Positions 1-8,146 of a DNA stretch of 53,577 nucleotides are shown one piece after another. The stretch lies in NCBI GenBank assembly GCA_011776225.1, contig JAABXR010000066.1, forward strand, positions 1-53,577. The letters are read 5' to 3'. Every line of letters begins with the position of its first letter. Position 1 is the first letter of the stretch. The notes under the pieces were generated by a model that did not search any database, was not told where the DNA came from, and saw only the letters and a program-made list of their open reading frames with translations. The position numbers and the translations under genes are program-made. This stretch comes from Phycisphaerae bacterium (lineage in GTDB: Bacteria; Planctomycetota; Phycisphaerae; Sedimentisphaerales; Anaerobacaceae).

Positions 1-86
1 GAGGCCTTAATAAGAAAACAGGAAAAATGAGCCCGGCTTCGAGCCTGATTCAGTTCCGCAATATCTGGATCAAAGAAATAAAATAA
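1..86 (+). CDS. 3' end of an upstream DUF1080-like (3-keto-disaccharide hydrolase family) gene, partial
   Basis: An open frame enters the window and ends ...SLIQFRNIWIKEIK-TAA (84-86). The terminal signature matches the two DUF1080 modules of the next gene (VWYRNIKIKRL, DFRYIRLKEKK). Confidence 0.4.
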   Translation, partial: GLNKKTGKMSPASSLIQFRNIWIKEIK

Positions 87-117
87 TTCACAGACAGTTT
101 CCTTTGGAGCTTCGATT

Positions 118-2184
118 ATGACGGTGAAACGATACATTGTCGTGCTAATACTGTTTATGTGTGCCGCCGCTACGCACGCTCGAACAGACAGCGAGGGATT
201 TATCCAACTTTTCAACGGAAAAGACCTTACAGGCTGGATTACAGGGCCAGACAACGCCTGGGTGGTCGAAAATGGCGTCATCACGCTCAAGCGCGAAATG
301 GACGGGAAAGAACATAATGCTGACTATCTCTGGACTAAAGATAAATACGACGATTTCATTCTCGATTTGGAATTCAAAATCCCCGAACGAGCCAACAGCG
401 GCATATTCCTCCGCACTTCAGACCTAAAGGATCCTGTCTATACAGGAATTGAAGTGCAGGTTGCGAATTCATACGGCAGAAAAACCTGGACCAAAGGAGG
501 CTGTGCAGGTGCAATCTACGACTGCCTTGCCCCAACCAAGAACACTATCAAAAAGCCGGGTGAGTGGAACCGCTTTATCATTACCTGCATGGATAATAAA
601 ATCAACGTAGTCCTCAACGGTGAGGAAATCATCGATATGGATTTGAATAAGTGGGATGAGCCTTACAAGAATCCCGGTGGCACCAAAAACAAATTTCACA
701 CAGCATTGAAAGATTTTGCGCGGACAGGTTACATCGGTCTGCAAGACCATGGCAGGGCTGTGTGGTACCGCAATATCAAGATAAAGCGTTTGAATAGCAC
801 CTTCACCTTAGTGCCAGATCCCCACGGCAGGATTCTCAAAGACCCAGAGGGTCGAACAGTGTTTCGATATATGACCAAAAAACCTGCAGAGACAAAGCTG
901 TCGGCCAACAGTGTTTGTTGCCTCTATCCATTGAATACGCCGTCGGGAGAGAGGGTTGTTGATTTTGCTCCCAGCGACCATCCTCATCATCGGGGCGTGT
1001 TCCTTGCATGGCATTCCATCTCAGCCAAAAAGGCGAGGAAGAAAGCCGATTTCTGGGGCTGGGGGGCCTGGGCCCCGACTGACGGACGGCGTATCAAAAA
1101 CAGCAGCATCCAACTTCTCCAAGCCGATTCAGAAAGTGCCCTGCTTGAAGTGTGCAATGACTGGCTTGTTGGAAACAGGAAAATGATCGACGAAATAACG
1201 TTCATTGTCGTCCGGCAGGAAGATTCGGCCTACGTGGTTGACCTGAATTATCATATAACAGCCGCGATGGACGTTACCTTAGATAAGACGGCTTTCGGGG
1301 GACTCTGTGCAAAAGCACGAAAGGACGGCATAGGCTCTTACTATAGCCCAAGCGGCCTAGTAAAACTACCTAATCCTCATCACCTGAAGCCAGAAACCGA
1401 CTGGCCTTCCGCCGATTGGTATGACTACACAATGAAGTTGGACAGCGGTAAAACGGTTGGTATTACAATACTTGACCACCCGGCCAATCCGACCACAACC
1501 TGGCACAACCTCGCACCCATTGCGATGGTCAATCCCTGCATAGTCGCGCCCGGTCCGGTCGAAATCCAAAAAGGGCAAACCCTGCAACTTCGGTACAGAC
1601 TTGTAGCGCACGACGGACCGACACCCGTTAAATTGCTCACGAAACTAACCAAAGAGTGGCGCCAGCAAACTCCCAAGGAAACCTTCCGGCCTGAACCGGG
1701 CTTTGTTCGGCTTGACAACGGCAAAGACCTTACCGGCTGGTTTGGTGCCGGATGGTCAGGCGAGAAGACCGGCGATACTACGGGATGGAGCGTCATCGAC
1801 GGCGCGATTCATGTTGATTCCGAAGCAGCGAAAAATCATCTGTTCCACGAGAAAACTTATAGCAGAAACGCCATCATCCGTTTGCAATATCGGGCCGGGC
1901 GGGCGGCTGACTCCGGCTTGTGTATTCACGGCAACCAGTTCCAAGTCCGTGATTATCCTAATACATTGCCCGATACAAAAAGATACGCACCTTTCTCCAA
2001 CCGAACAGGTGAGTGGAATGACCTAGAAATCGATATAACCGATGACATTGCAGTAATCAAGCTGAACGGTGAGGTTATCGAGAAGGCATGGAAATCAGGC
2101 ACCGACCCCTCCAGAGGACTTGGCCTGCAAAAAGAGCTTGGTGAAATGGACTTTCGATATATCAGACTGAAAGAGAAGAAATGA
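118..2184 (+). CDS. secreted three-module protein: DUF1080 + DUF6807/PmoA-like + DUF1080
   Basis: 688 aa with a signal-peptide-like N-terminus (VVLILFMCAAATHA). LFNGKDLTGW...GYIGLQDHGRAVWYRNIKIK lies at the N-terminus and LDNGKDLTGW...DFRYIRLKEKK at the C-terminus. The middle block DHPHHRGVFLAWH...DWYDYT...HDGP is typical of DUF6807. Confidence 0.75.
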   Translation: MTVKRYIVVLILFMCAAATHARTDSEGFIQLFNGKDLTGWITGPDNAWVVENGVITLKREMDGKEHNADYLWTKDKYDDFILDLEFKIPERANSGIFLRTSDLKDPVYTGIEVQVANSYGRKTWTKGGCAGAIYDCLAPTKNTIKKPGEWNRFIITCMDNKINVVLNGEEIIDMDLNKWDEPYKNPGGTKNKFHTALKDFARTGYIGLQDHGRAVWYRNIKIKRLNSTFTLVPDPHGRILKDPEGRTVFRYMTKKPAETKLSANSVCCLYPLNTPSGERVVDFAPSDHPHHRGVFLAWHSISAKKARKKADFWGWGAWAPTDGRRIKNSSIQLLQADSESALLEVCNDWLVGNRKMIDEITFIVVRQEDSAYVVDLNYHITAAMDVTLDKTAFGGLCAKARKDGIGSYYSPSGLVKLPNPHHLKPETDWPSADWYDYTMKLDSGKTVGITILDHPANPTTTWHNLAPIAMVNPCIVAPGPVEIQKGQTLQLRYRLVAHDGPTPVKLLTKLTKEWRQQTPKETFRPEPGFVRLDNGKDLTGWFGAGWSGEKTGDTTGWSVIDGAIHVDSEAAKNHLFHEKTYSRNAIIRLQYRAGRAADSGLCIHGNQFQVRDYPNTLPDTKRYAPFSNRTGEWNDLEIDITDDIAVIKLNGEVIEKAWKSGTDPSRGLGLQKELGEMDFRYIRLKEKK

Positions 2185-2303
2185 ACTGCCAGAGACATTC
2201 CAGCCTCCGGCGGTGTAGTCAAAAACTTTTGATAGCAGCTACATACTTATCTAAAAGGGAAATTTTACGAAGATAGAATTTTGAATTAACGAAAGGGCTC
2301 ACG

Positions 2304-3335
2304 ATGCGAAGGCTATATATTGTGTTGGGATTAACCGGTCTGTGTATTTTGGTGTTTACCATATCCTGTGACCAAGGTCGCGTGTCAGGAGAGAATAACA
2401 CAAAAAGGGCTTTCAAATTAGCTCAAGATCCTCACGGCATGATTTTGAAGGCTCCGGACGGGCGGACCGTGTTTCGATATATGACCAAGAAACCAGCGAA
2501 GACAAATCTTGCAGCCAACAGTACATGTTGTTTCCATCCGCTCTATACGCCGGACGGCGTAAGACTGACCGACTTAGCTCCCGGCGACCACCACCATCAC
2601 CGGGGGGTTTTTCTGGCCTGGCATACGATGGAATTTCGAGAGAAGGCCGATTTCTCAAGTTTCGGCCCTACCGGTCCAACACACGGCTGGAATATCAATC
2701 GTGGTGATTTCTGGGGCTGGGGTGAATTCGCCCCCACCAAGGGAAGAATCATCAAGAACCGTGGGATTAAACTTATTAAATCCGATTCTAAATATGCAGA
2801 GTTAGAAATTCGTAACGCCTGGATCATTAATGAAAAAACGATGATGAATGAAGTCACCTCGGTAATAGTCCGTGAGCAGAATTCAGTCTACGTTATCGAT
2901 TTGGACTATCAGCTCACTCCAGTGGCTGAGCTTGTGCTGAATCATACCGCCTTTGGGGGATTTTGCGTACGAGCACGAAATGACGGCACGTCCTATTATT
3001 CCAAGTCAGACGGTAAGATTGAGCTACCCGACCCACATTACTCAGTGCCTGAACTGAACTGGCCGGCGGCTGATTGGTACGACTACACTATTAAACTAAA
3101 GAACAACAAAACAATCGGTGTGGCTGTAATCGACCACCCTGACAATCCACCTTCAACATGGCACAACCCACGTTATGTGTGGATGGTCAATCCATGCATT
3201 GTTGCCAAAGGCCCAGTAGCGGTAAAACAATCGAAGATGCTCAGGCTTCGTTATCGCCTTGTCGTACATGACGGTCCCATGCCCGCTGGTTTGATTGAGG
3301 AACTATCCGCTAAATGGCGTAAAGGGGATATCTGA
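2304..3335 (+). CDS. DUF6807/PmoA-like family protein, tandem paralog of the middle module of 118..2184
   Basis: 343 aa with an N-terminal hydrophobic leader. DPHGMILKAPDGRTVFRYMTKKPAKT...GDHHHHRGVFLAWH is nearly colinear with aa ~235-510 of the preceding gene. Confidence 0.75.
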   Translation: MRRLYIVLGLTGLCILVFTISCDQGRVSGENNTKRAFKLAQDPHGMILKAPDGRTVFRYMTKKPAKTNLAANSTCCFHPLYTPDGVRLTDLAPGDHHHHRGVFLAWHTMEFREKADFSSFGPTGPTHGWNINRGDFWGWGEFAPTKGRIIKNRGIKLIKSDSKYAELEIRNAWIINEKTMMNEVTSVIVREQNSVYVIDLDYQLTPVAELVLNHTAFGGFCVRARNDGTSYYSKSDGKIELPDPHYSVPELNWPAADWYDYTIKLKNNKTIGVAVIDHPDNPPSTWHNPRYVWMVNPCIVAKGPVAVKQSKMLRLRYRLVVHDGPMPAGLIEELSAKWRKGDI

Positions 3336-3341
3336 TAGAAA

Positions 3342-4223
3342 TCAGAAGATTATTGCCGCATAGCCGACGCTATCGGTGCTTGTGGTACCCATCTTTTGGA
3401 GCATTACTTCGTTGCTGTTAGTGTGTGCAAGCAGCAAAGCCTGAGTCCTTCCGAGTTTCTTTGCTGCAGAGACAGTCGCAGCCGCTGCGCCGGCTCCACA
3501 AGCGTTATAATTCTCTGCGGCGCTTTCGAGCATTCTCTTCGGCTCAAGCATCAAAGCCAAATCAATAAACTCTTTATCGTTGATATCGCCGGCCCACTTT
3601 AGAGCCTCCGTGCCCGCTCCCATCGGGGTAAAGCCATATCGCGGACCATAATGCGTCAAATCTGTCGAGCCGATGCAGACTATTTTTTCGTTCTCGCCCC
3701 GGCTGATTATATCACCAATACTAGTACCCAATGCAACGGCGAGTTCAGTTGGCGGGACCAAGATGGGCAATATCTTTGCGTCAGCAAAAAGATGCTGTAT
3801 AAACGGAACCTGGACCTCGATACTATGCTCAGTTCTGTGGGCGGTAGAGTCCTTAACGGCCTCGGTACTTTCCAAAACGGCATCGGCCAATTTTTCATCA
3901 ATTGCGACTTCGCCGAGCGGCGTTATCCAGCAACCGGCATCATAAACAGCCGGCGAACTGCCATAATATCCATGGGCGGCTCCAAATATTACGAACGTAT
4001 GAACGTTATCATGTTGCTGTTTTATGGCAGAGAAGACCATAGCAGCCAGACTACCGCTGAATACCCAACCAGCGTGCGGGACAATACCAGCTACTATTGT
4101 TTCGGGCAATGTGTCATTGATTGTTCTTGCCTCAAGGCACTCGGTGATTTCGTCGACACACGCATTATGCTGAGCGGGATAAAACTGACCAGCAACAATG
4201 GGTTTTCTTGTTTGCATTTCCAT
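3342..4223 (-). CDS. MEMO1-family protein (AmmeMemoRadiSam system protein B type)
   Basis: 293 aa with motifs VAGQFYP, VPHAGWVFSG, FGAAHG and STDLTHYGPRYGF. Confidence 0.8.
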   Translation of the reverse strand: MEMQTRKPIVAGQFYPAQHNACVDEITECLEARTINDTLPETIVAGIVPHAGWVFSGSLAAMVFSAIKQQHDNVHTFVIFGAAHGYYGSSPAVYDAGCWITPLGEVAIDEKLADAVLESTEAVKDSTAHRTEHSIEVQVPFIQHLFADAKILPILVPPTELAVALGTSIGDIISRGENEKIVCIGSTDLTHYGPRYGFTPMGAGTEALKWAGDINDKEFIDLALMLEPKRMLESAAENYNACGAGAAAATVSAAKKLGRTQALLLAHTNSNEVMLQKMGTTSTDSVGYAAIIF

Positions 4224-4294
4224 TAACAGCTCGATATTATTACGGTGTAAATCAAGATCTTAGAATATTGTAACCTTTTAGAGGGAAAAAACAA

Positions 4295-4798
4295 ATGACA
4301 TCTGAAAAAAAGAGTTCCGTAGCTGTAGTGATGGGCTCTGACAGCGATATGGCGGTGATGCAAAGCTGCATCGAAATGCTTTCCAAATTTGGTATTGAGC
4401 CAGTCGTGCGAATAATATCAGCCCACCGCACGCCTCAGATAGCAGCAGAATTCGCAGATAACGCCGCGGAAAACGGGATAAAGTCGATAATCGCCGCTGC
4501 GGGTATGGCCGCTCATCTTGCAGGTTCTTTAGCGGGGCGAACTACACTTCCGGTTATCGGGGTACCTTTAGTCGCAACAGGCGGATTAGGGGGGATGGAT
4601 GCACTACTAAGTACGGTACAAATGCCGCCGGGCGTGCCAGTGGCAGCTATGGCAACGGGTAAGGCAGGAGCCAAAAACGCGGCCATCTTCGCTGTGCAAA
4701 TCCTTGCATTGTCCGACGCAACCTTAGCTAAACAACTGGAAGACTTCAAGAAATCTCAGGAACAAAAGGTGATAGAAAAGGATTCAGCTTTGCAGTAA
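4295..4798 (+). CDS. purE: 5-(carboxyamino)imidazole ribonucleotide mutase
   Basis: 167 aa. VAVVMGSDSDMAVM, SAHRTP, AAGMAAHLAG and PVIGVP are hallmark PurE blocks. Confidence 0.9.
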   Translation: MTSEKKSSVAVVMGSDSDMAVMQSCIEMLSKFGIEPVVRIISAHRTPQIAAEFADNAAENGIKSIIAAAGMAAHLAGSLAGRTTLPVIGVPLVATGGLGGMDALLSTVQMPPGVPVAAMATGKAGAKNAAIFAVQILALSDATLAKQLEDFKKSQEQKVIEKDSALQ

Positions 4799-4800
4799 AG

Positions 4801-5421
4801 CTACCGATATCGTCGAGTATTGAATCGCTTTACCAAACCTGCGCCGAGTATTAAGAAAATCACCGTGGCGGATTCGGGGGTCGTAATGACAAGCTCGAAA
4901 CTATCTAAGTTTCCGGTGTCCCACTCCCACGCATCGTAAATCTGTAGCCGCCAAATACCATAAGTTTTCTCTCCGTCAAAATCAGAAAGCTTATACGGCT
5001 CAAGAGGTCTGAAGGAGCCGGTAAAAGGGGACAGGGTATCTTTGATAGACAGTTCGGCTTCATCATCAAATACTGTTTGCGTATAATTTGCTCCCTCAAA
5101 AAACTCATGAAAGGTGTACATATTCAAACAAATTCTGGTTCCGACAGGGCCTTGCAGGAAAATTTGTAGATCGAATGCACTCGTGTGTGTAACACTGATC
5201 CTTACATCAAGGTCGGATACAGTGAAATGGTCGGTGATTTCTATGACTGCATCTTCCATCCAACCTTTGCTGATGTCCGGATCGCTTGTGTCCAGTTTGG
5301 GAATCGGCAGGTCGAAGTCGCCGCCGTAAGTAAAAACAGGGCCAGCAAAAACAGGAAAAGAAATTCCCGCCATAATGACAAGACATGTTACAATCCATCG
5401 CACTGCGCTGCGAGCTTCCAT
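4801..5421 (-). CDS. secreted proprotein-convertase P-domain protein with PEP-CTERM-like C-terminal anchor
   Basis: 206 aa with a signal peptide (VTCLVIMAGISFPVFA). The P-domain-like end is GIWRLQIYDAWEWDTGNLDSFELVIT. The C-terminus is TPES + hydrophobic stretch (VIFLILGAGLV) + basic tail (KRFNTRRYR). No peptidase domain is present. Confidence 0.6.
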   Translation of the reverse strand: MEARSAVRWIVTCLVIMAGISFPVFAGPVFTYGGDFDLPIPKLDTSDPDISKGWMEDAVIEITDHFTVSDLDVRISVTHTSAFDLQIFLQGPVGTRICLNMYTFHEFFEGANYTQTVFDDEAELSIKDTLSPFTGSFRPLEPYKLSDFDGEKTYGIWRLQIYDAWEWDTGNLDSFELVITTPESATVIFLILGAGLVKRFNTRRYR

Positions 5422-5636
5422 TCTCGACCAGCCATTTAACTTGATCTATAAGTCGGCCATCGGCCCTGCAAAGCAAACAGATGTCATCCAGTGTTGTCTA
5501 TTAGTTGGTTCTTATTATAATCCCGCCTAGTAAAATGGTGAATAAAAAAAATTTTTTTTGGATTATTCGTTCCCTTCTCGCGCTCAGTGAGCCCCATTTT
5601 AATAAGTATTACCGGCGGTGGTGCTTGAAATTGTAC

Positions 5637-6851
5637 TTATTGTACCTCAACGACCGAGTTAAATTCGCCGAATGGATTCAACTCCGTTAGCTCGTTGTAC
5701 GGGTCCTGCTGCCACTGGCCATCCACAACCAGTCGGTAGTGATATTTACCGGCAGGCAAACTCAATTTCGTTTTCCATACGCCACCGGCATCCACTTTCT
5801 TCATAGGCGTCTGCTCGGGCTGCCAATTATTAAAGTCTCCCGCTACGTTGACGCTCTCGGCGCGTGGATACAATGTGACGAACACTACAGCATCATTGAT
5901 CTGATTGACGCCATAATATTCAGAAAGCTTGATATCGATATCTTCCGTCTCCGGTTTTTCAGTCATCGGGGTCTTTTCAATCTTGATGGCGGGTTTGGCT
6001 ACCTGCAACAATTCATCAGCCGTGGCACTCATGGATTCGAGCTGATCCGTGAGGGAACTGACTATTTCCCGGCGTTGTTGTCTTGCCTCAGAGTCAATAA
6101 CTTCCTGAGCGAGCAAGCGAAAATCTCTCTGGCCCCTGCTTGCAGAATCATATTCACTGATGGGTTGGCCAAAACTGGCCGCTTCCTTGATCTTAGTATT
6201 GAAATTAACGATTGTTGCGAACATCTTGTCGGCGAAGTGCTTCCTTAATTCCGCCAAAACCTCTCTTGCCATCTTCGTTCTTATATCATACATACTAGCC
6301 AAGACCTTAACATCCACCTGCTGGCTACATCGTTCGCAGAGAATATTGAGGGTCTCGAGCTGTTTGCTAAGCCCATGCAGTGCGAAATAACCGGTCTCGA
6401 CAGGAACAATAACATCAGTAGCGGCCCTGAGAGCATTGAATGTCAACAGGCTGACGGCCGGGGGACAATCAATAATTGTATAGTCGTATTCACTTTTCAT
6501 ATCGAGGAGGATATTTTTCAAACAACTCTCGCTTTCAGTAATTCCAGTCATTTGCTGCTCGAAGGCAGACAAGTCTATGCTTGCCGGCGCCAGTTCCAAC
6601 CTGTCGCTAATCTGCCACAGGATTTCTGTCAGTTTTATAGGCTCATTCCTGCTTTTGCTTATCAGCACATCATAGATGCTTTGTTCAATCTGCTCCTCGG
6701 GCACAGCAAGACCGACTGCGCAATGTGACTGGGGGTCCATATCAACCAGCAAGGTCTTCTGTCCTGTTTCAGCAAGCGCACTCGCCAAGTTTATTGATAC
6801 CGTTGTCTTGCCACAACCACCTTTCTGATTCACAACCGCTATAGTTCTCAT
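5637..6851 (-). CDS. ParA/MinD-type deviant Walker A ATPase fused to a C-terminal CBM48 (AMPK-beta-like glycogen-binding) domain
   Basis: 404 aa. N-terminus is IAVVNQKGGCGKTT...LLVDMDPQ...IIDCPP (ParA/Soj fold). A charged linker follows. The C-terminal ~85 aa read VNVAGDFNNWQPEQ...LSLPAGKYHYRLVVDGQWQQDPYN...NSVVEV, matching the GxFNNW...Y.F.VDGQW..DP signature of CBM48/AMPK1_CBM. Confidence 0.8.
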   Translation of the reverse strand: MRTIAVVNQKGGCGKTTVSINLASALAETGQKTLLVDMDPQSHCAVGLAVPEEQIEQSIYDVLISKSRNEPIKLTEILWQISDRLELAPASIDLSAFEQQMTGITESESCLKNILLDMKSEYDYTIIDCPPAVSLLTFNALRAATDVIVPVETGYFALHGLSKQLETLNILCERCSQQVDVKVLASMYDIRTKMAREVLAELRKHFADKMFATIVNFNTKIKEAASFGQPISEYDSASRGQRDFRLLAQEVIDSEARQQRREIVSSLTDQLESMSATADELLQVAKPAIKIEKTPMTEKPETEDIDIKLSEYYGVNQINDAVVFVTLYPRAESVNVAGDFNNWQPEQTPMKKVDAGGVWKTKLSLPAGKYHYRLVVDGQWQQDPYNELTELNPFGEFNSVVEVQ

Positions 6852-7336
6852 AACATTCCTCTTTCGGCAATTGCATAAAAGTCGCCACTTTACCTATATT
6901 GCAAAATGGGATTTCAACGTAAAGATGCCCATTTCAGTACTAGAAACAGTTGACTACTTATCTATTTTATTCGGCAAAGAAATGAGTAAAACTTTATGTT
7001 TTTATGGGACGAGCCGATAAAAACCCCAAGGAATTAACAGCATGAAAAAGACATATTTTCCATCGTAATGAACTAAAAAGGTATAAAAAAGTGGTGTTGA
7101 TCCTCTGTTTTTGACACTGTTTTATACACTTTTGCTGACAAAACCGCTTATCATGCAGAGTTAGAAATATTCACCACAAAGGCCAGGAATTGTGCTTTGA
7201 GTGCAGCTATATCCTCAACGGCTGTTATTTAAAGGCATTCTGGCTGTTGTCGCTAAGCGGCACAAACCTGATACCAGCGCAAAACTGAATCCCTACCAGC
7301 CCTAATAGCACTGGAATTAGTCTTTCCGATCCAATG

Positions 7337-7377
7337 AAAAAAAGTGTGCCGCCTGGTTGATGATTACCAAGCGGCAC
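7337..7377 (-). terminator. intrinsic terminator downstream of hsp20
   Basis: On the minus strand, GUGCCGCUUGG-10 nt loop-CCAGGCGGCAC forms an 11-bp stem with one G-U pair. It is followed by AC + U7. It lies 29 nt after the hsp20 stop. Confidence 0.6.
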
Positions 7378-7405
7378 TTTTGTTAAATCGAAACGCTTAA
7401 AGTTT

Positions 7406-7849
7406 TTACCCTTTAACCTTGACCTTGACAGCTTTGGCCTTTTCAGCTTTTGGCAGGTTTATTGTCAGGACGCCGTCTTTGCACGTTGCCTCTATCTTAT
7501 CGGAAGCAATATCAGTTCCCAGATTCAGGTCGCGCCTGAAGCTGCCAAAGGACCGCTCGATATGGTAATAACCTTTCTCCTTCTTTTCCTCTTCCTGCTT
7601 CTTCTCTCCGCTTATGGTCAGGGTATTACCGTGAACGGAAATATCAATATCATCAGCTTTGCAGCCCGGGACTTCCGCTTTCACAAAAATCGCATCCTTC
7701 TCTTCGGCAATATCGATAACAGGCCAGGCCTTATACCCCACAAACGGCCTGTCCAGCCCTCTGAAGAAGCTATCAAACAAATCGTCCATCTCATTGTGAA
7801 GATTCGCCAAACTGTTTCTATGTCCTCTGTGTAAATGTACCAGTGTCAT
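7406..7849 (-). CDS. small heat-shock protein, Hsp20/alpha-crystallin family
   Basis: 147 aa with an alpha-crystallin domain (PVIDIAEEKDAIFVKAEVPG...ERSFGSFRRDLNL...KDGVLTINLPK). A strong SD (AAGGAGGTG) precedes the ATG. Confidence 0.9.
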   Translation of the reverse strand: MTLVHLHRGHRNSLANLHNEMDDLFDSFFRGLDRPFVGYKAWPVIDIAEEKDAIFVKAEVPGCKADDIDISVHGNTLTISGEKKQEEEKKEKGYYHIERSFGSFRRDLNLGTDIASDKIEATCKDGVLTINLPKAEKAKAVKVKVKG

Positions 7850-7915
7850 AATAACACCTCCTTTTATTTTTCCTGAAACGAAGTATTTTTAATTCACATA
7901 ACCATCCCAATAATT

Positions 7916-7931
7916 TGCAAATGACGTGCCA
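7916..7931 (-). promoter_or_regulatory. sigma54 (RpoN) -24/-12 promoter element upstream of hsp20
   Basis: The minus strand reads TGGCACGTCATTTGCA, an exact match to the TGGCACG-N4-TTGCW consensus with correct GG-N10-GC spacing. It lies ~70 nt upstream of the hsp20 ATG. Confidence 0.5.
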
Positions 7932-8146
7932 AAATGCCAAACTGCGAAAAGTGTTCATAAAAAGCTGTTATCGAATTTCCGGCGGCTGCCATCTGTCTGT
8001 GGGGGCTGTCAAATTGGCATTTTTAAGCCGAAAATGACCTTTCGGTGTTTACCCCTTAAGGGAATGAGCACCTGTCTGTCTTTATACAGCATACAGAAAT
8101 GAACCGAACAAAGAGGAGATATTTATCCAGACCCCACATTACAGGA

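Noticed and set aside
5541-5563. An A8T8 palindrome (GAATAAAAAAAATTTTTTTTGGATTATTC) lies between the ParA-fusion and P-domain genes.
   Set aside because: It lacks a G+C stem, so it is not a convincing intrinsic terminator. It is probably just an A/T tract in an intergenic region.
6872-6887. A second sigma54-like element (minus strand TGGCGACTTTTATGCA) lies just upstream of the ParA-CBM48 gene.
   Set aside because: The GG-N10-GC spacing is right, but three consensus positions differ. The -12 element is also only ~20 nt from the ATG, so the predicted start site would fall inside or after the ribosome-binding region.
7987-8019. An inverted TGCCA...TGGCA pair could be an enhancer (bEBP) site for the hsp20 sigma54 promoter.
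   Set aside because: Only 5 nt per arm match, with a 23-nt spacer and no extension of the dyad. This is easily chance, so it is mentioned only as context.
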